DNA of 64,000 nt from an uncultured Thermoleophilia bacterium (GTDB lineage: Bacteria > Actinomycetota > Thermoleophilia > UBA2241), in NCBI GenBank assembly GCA_963702475.1, contig CAVPCT010000005.1, positions 384,001 to 448,000 of the forward strand, written 5' to 3'. Position numbers and translations under genes: made by a program. The notes under the pieces are model-generated. The model was not told the origin of the DNA. It ran no database searches and was given only the letters and a program-made list of their open reading frames with translations. This document shows, one piece after another, positions 60,870 to 64,000 of this stretch (positions are counted from its first letter, which is position 1; each line of letters starts with the position of its first letter).

Positions 60870-63154
60870 TGTCGCGGTACATCGCCACGCGCGCCATCCG
60901 CGGCGCCAACGCCATCCTCGCCGAGGCCGAGGCCCAGGTCCACGCCGCCATCGAGGAGCTGGGCCCGGAGACGCCGGTGCAGTTCACCAACACTGCGTAC
61001 TACCTGCCGGTGGTGTACGCGTTCACCGGCCTCAAGGTCGAGAAGCTGGGCGACCTCGCCCTGGTGATCGAGCGCGCCAAGCAGCTCGTCCACCCCGTGC
61101 CGGCCGAGAAGTTCTGGCTGCCGTACCTGGGCGAGACGCTCGACAGCGGCGTGGCCACCCTGTTCGCCGAGGAGGCCATCGAGGGCGTGCGCTTCGCCCG
61201 CCACCAGGAGCCGCAGGTACTCACCCTCGAGCACGGCGAGTACGGCGGCGGCCGTTTCACCGGCGGCGACCTGGGCGTGCACGGCGACAAGTTCAAGCTC
61301 AACGGGCCCATCGACGACATCCAGCTGCGCGCCTGGGGCATCCAGCTGGTGGACGGCCGTATGCCCGGGTTCTGCGCCATCGTGGGCTGCGCCAGGAGCA
61401 ACGAGGTCGCCGTCAAGATCGTGCGCGAGCTGCAGAGCCGCGGCATCCTCATCTTCCTGAGCGGCAACGTCAACGGGCGCAGCATCATCCACCAGCTGCA
61501 GGAAGAGGGCATCCAGCTCGGTTACGACACCTTCACGGTGCCGTTCGGCATCGACACCATCAGCGCCGTGTACGCGCTGGGGTTCGCGGCCCGCTCCGCC
61601 CTCACCTTCGGCGGCATGGAGCCGGCACAGGCGCGCGACATCATGCTGTACAACAAGTACCGTGTGTTCGCCTTCGTGCTGGCCCTCGGCGAGGTCGACG
61701 ACCTCAAGTACGCCACGGCCGCCGGCGCCATCAGCTTCGGCTTCCCCACCATCGCCGACACGCGCATCCCGCAGATCCTGCCCACCGGTGTGACCACCTA
61801 CGAGCACGTCGTCTCCATGCCCTTCGACGAGATCCCCGGCAAGGACGACATGGAGAAGACCGAGAAGCTCATCCAGCGCTGCATCGAGGTGCGCGGCGTC
61901 AAGGTGCGCATCGCCAAGGTGCCGATCCCGGTGAGCTACGGCTCCGCCTTCGAGGGCGAGCGCGTGCGCAAGGACATCATGTACGCCGAGTTCGGCGGCA
62001 AGCGCGCGCACGCGTTCGAGTACCTGCGCATGAGGCCGGCCGACGAGGTGGAGGACGGCAAGATCACCGTGAACGGGCCGGACCTCGACGAGATCGAGGA
62101 GGGCGGCGCCCGGCCGCTGGGCATGGTCGTGGACGTGTCCGGCCGCAAGATGCAGCTCGACTTCGAGCCCATCCTGGAGCGCCAGTTCCACTACTTCATC
62201 AACGGTGTGGAGGGCATCCAGCACAACGGCCAGCGCGACATCGCCTGGACCCGCGTCAGCAAGAGCACCTTCAACAAGGGCTTCCGCATGGAGCACTTCG
62301 GCAAGGTGCTGCACGCCCGCATCCACGAGGTGTTCGGCAACATCGTCGACAAGGTCCAGGTGCACCTGACGACCGTGCCGGAAGAGGTCGACGAGCTCAT
62401 CGAAGTGGCGCGCGTGGCCTACGCCGAGCGCAACGAGCGCATCGCCACCCTCACCGACGAGTCGGTGGACACCTTCTACTCGTGCCTGCTCTGCCAGAGC
62501 TTCGCACCCAACCACGTCTGCGTGGTGAACCCCGAACGCGTGGGCCTGTGCGGCGCCTACAACTGGCTCGACTGCAAGGCGTCCTACGAGATCAACCCGA
62601 CCGGGCCCAATCAGCCGGTGCCCAAGGGCCTCTGCATGGACCCCGTGAAGGGCGAGTTCAGCGGCCCCAACGAGTACATCTACCAGCACTCCAACCAGGT
62701 CGTGGAGCGCGTCACGTTCTACTCGTGTATCGAGTCGCCGATGACCTCGTGCGGCTGCTTCGAGTGCATCATGGTCCTCGTCCCCGAGGCCAACGGCTAC
62801 ATGGTCGTGAGCCGCGAGGACCCCAGCATGACCCCGTGCGGCATGACGTTCTCCACGCTGGCCGGCACCGCCGGCGGCGGCATGCAGACGCCGGGCATGA
62901 TGGGGCTGGGCAAGTACTACCTGACGAGCAAGAAGTTCATCTCCGGCGACGGCGGCATCCGCCGCGTCGTGTGGATGAGCTCCAACCTCAAGGAGACCAT
63001 GCGGCCGGCGCTCGAGGAGGTCTGCGAGCGCGACGGCTGCCCCGGCCTGCTCGACCAGATCGCCGACGAGACCTCCGTCACCACCGTCGAGGAGCTGCTC
63101 CCCTTCCTCGAGGAACATGGGCATCCCGCCCTGACCATGGATCCCATCTTCTGA
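60869..63154 (+). CDS. acsB: Acetyl-CoA synthase, bacterial type
   Basis: NTAYYLP, CLLCQSFAPNHVC, GLCG, TSCGCFE; start overlaps cooS stop. Confidence 0.96.
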   Translation: MSRYIATRAIRGANAILAEAEAQVHAAIEELGPETPVQFTNTAYYLPVVYAFTGLKVEKLGDLALVIERAKQLVHPVPAEKFWLPYLGETLDSGVATLFAEEAIEGVRFARHQEPQVLTLEHGEYGGGRFTGGDLGVHGDKFKLNGPIDDIQLRAWGIQLVDGRMPGFCAIVGCARSNEVAVKIVRELQSRGILIFLSGNVNGRSIIHQLQEEGIQLGYDTFTVPFGIDTISAVYALGFAARSALTFGGMEPAQARDIMLYNKYRVFAFVLALGEVDDLKYATAAGAISFGFPTIADTRIPQILPTGVTTYEHVVSMPFDEIPGKDDMEKTEKLIQRCIEVRGVKVRIAKVPIPVSYGSAFEGERVRKDIMYAEFGGKRAHAFEYLRMRPADEVEDGKITVNGPDLDEIEEGGARPLGMVVDVSGRKMQLDFEPILERQFHYFINGVEGIQHNGQRDIAWTRVSKSTFNKGFRMEHFGKVLHARIHEVFGNIVDKVQVHLTTVPEEVDELIEVARVAYAERNERIATLTDESVDTFYSCLLCQSFAPNHVCVVNPERVGLCGAYNWLDCKASYEINPTGPNQPVPKGLCMDPVKGEFSGPNEYIYQHSNQVVERVTFYSCIESPMTSCGCFECIMVLVPEANGYMVVSREDPSMTPCGMTFSTLAGTAGGGMQTPGMMGLGKYYLTSKKFISGDGGIRRVVWMSSNLKETMRPALEEVCERDGCPGLLDQIADETSVTTVEELLPFLEEHGHPALTMDPIF

Positions 63155-63179
63155 ACCCACGAACGTCTGGAGTGCGCAG

Positions 63180-64000
63180 ATGAGTGCAGTTGAGACCCCG
63201 GCAGAGAAGTGGTCCGGCGCCGTGCGCGAAGTCACGCTCGGCAGCAGCTACGGAGGAGGGACGCGGACCGGCACCGTGACGGTGGGCGGCGAGACGGCCC
63301 TGCCGTTCCTCAGCTTCGAAGGCACCATGCCCAACCGCCCGGCGATCGCCGTCGAGATCACCGACGTGCGGCCGGACGACTGGTCGTCTGAGCTCCAGGC
63401 CGCCTGGGGCGACCTGCTCGGGAGCCCCGCCGACTGGGCCGTGGCGGCCGTGGAGAAGGGCGCCGACCTCATCGCCCTGAGCCTCAAGGGCTGCCACCCG
63501 GACAACGGCGACCTCGACCACACGCACGCCGTGCAGGTGGTGGAGCGCGTGCTGGCGCACGTCGGCGTGCCGCTCCTGGTGTACGGCCCCGGGGTGGCCG
63601 ACAAGGACAACGACGTGCTCGTGGCGGTGGCCGAGGCCACCAAGGGCGAGCAGCTGGCGCTGGGCATCTGCGAGGAGAAGAACTACCGCACCATCGTCGC
63701 CGCGGCCCTGGGCAACGGCCACGCCGTGATCGCCGAGACGCCGATCGACGTCAATCTGGCGAAGCAGCTCAATATCCTCATCTCCGACATGGGTCTCGGC
63801 CTGGAGCGCGTGCTCATGGACCCCAACACCGGCGCCCTGGGCTACGGCATCGAGTACACCTACTCGGTGATGGAGCGCCTGCGCCTCGCCGCCCTCATGG
63901 GCGACACCATGACGCAGCAGCCCATGATCTGCCAGGTGGGCGCCGAGGCGTGGCGCCAGAAAGAGGCCCGCGCCGCCGAGGTGCCGGCCGGCTGGGGCGA
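63180..64000 (+). CDS. acsD: Corrinoid Fe-S protein small subunit (partial, runs off window)
   Basis: Own translation: MSAVETPAEKWSGAVREVTLG...GGETALPF..., PIDVNLAKQLN, MDP..GALGYGIEY.YSVMERLRLAAL.GD; open to the window end. Confidence 0.93.
   Translation, partial: MSAVETPAEKWSGAVREVTLGSSYGGGTRTGTVTVGGETALPFLSFEGTMPNRPAIAVEITDVRPDDWSSELQAAWGDLLGSPADWAVAAVEKGADLIALSLKGCHPDNGDLDHTHAVQVVERVLAHVGVPLLVYGPGVADKDNDVLVAVAEATKGEQLALGICEEKNYRTIVAAALGNGHAVIAETPIDVNLAKQLNILISDMGLGLERVLMDPNTGALGYGIEYTYSVMERLRLAALMGDTMTQQPMICQVGAEAWRQKEARAAEVPAGWG

Noticed and set aside
58590-63235. Long alternative-frame ORFs over cooS and acsB
   Set aside because: Shadow frames of well-supported genes; Arg/Pro-rich or antisense composition.
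63180-64000. acsD possibly frameshifted because absent from the ORF track
   Set aside because: Manual translation is open from ATG 63180 to the window edge; missing only because no stop lies in the window.

Overview
High-GC bacterial chromosome segment, most consistent with a deep-branching, probably anaerobic Actinomycetota (Thermoleophilia-like). This is inferred from HspR, the FhaA/FhaB-PstP-RodA-PbpA-PknB cluster and ino1 co-occurring with a tmk-holB-yaaT block. Left to right: an HspR-type heat-shock operon (dnaK-hsp20-grpE-dnaJ-hspR-clpC), a secreted 9-heme cytochrome c, a class III aminotransferase, housekeeping and unknown genes including a presenilin/SPP-like membrane protein and a divergent UDG-family protein, an inositol-lipid cluster, tRNA-Lys, the topA-tmk-holB-yaaT block, nucleoside/nucleobase salvage genes, the Ser/Thr kinase cell-wall cluster (pknB carries apparent 1-nt insertions), tRNA-Leu, pheA, an L,D-transpeptidase, serS, an MNT antitoxin with a possibly deleted toxin, tRNA-Ser with a 1.3-kb att-flanked islet, an rsbW-like pseudogene, glnA, and the start of a Wood-Ljungdahl acs operon (HMA-like DHH protein, cooS/acsA, acsB, acsD truncated by the window end). 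No CRISPR array, rRNA or intact mobile element was seen. All product calls come from motif recognition by eye; no database searches were run.
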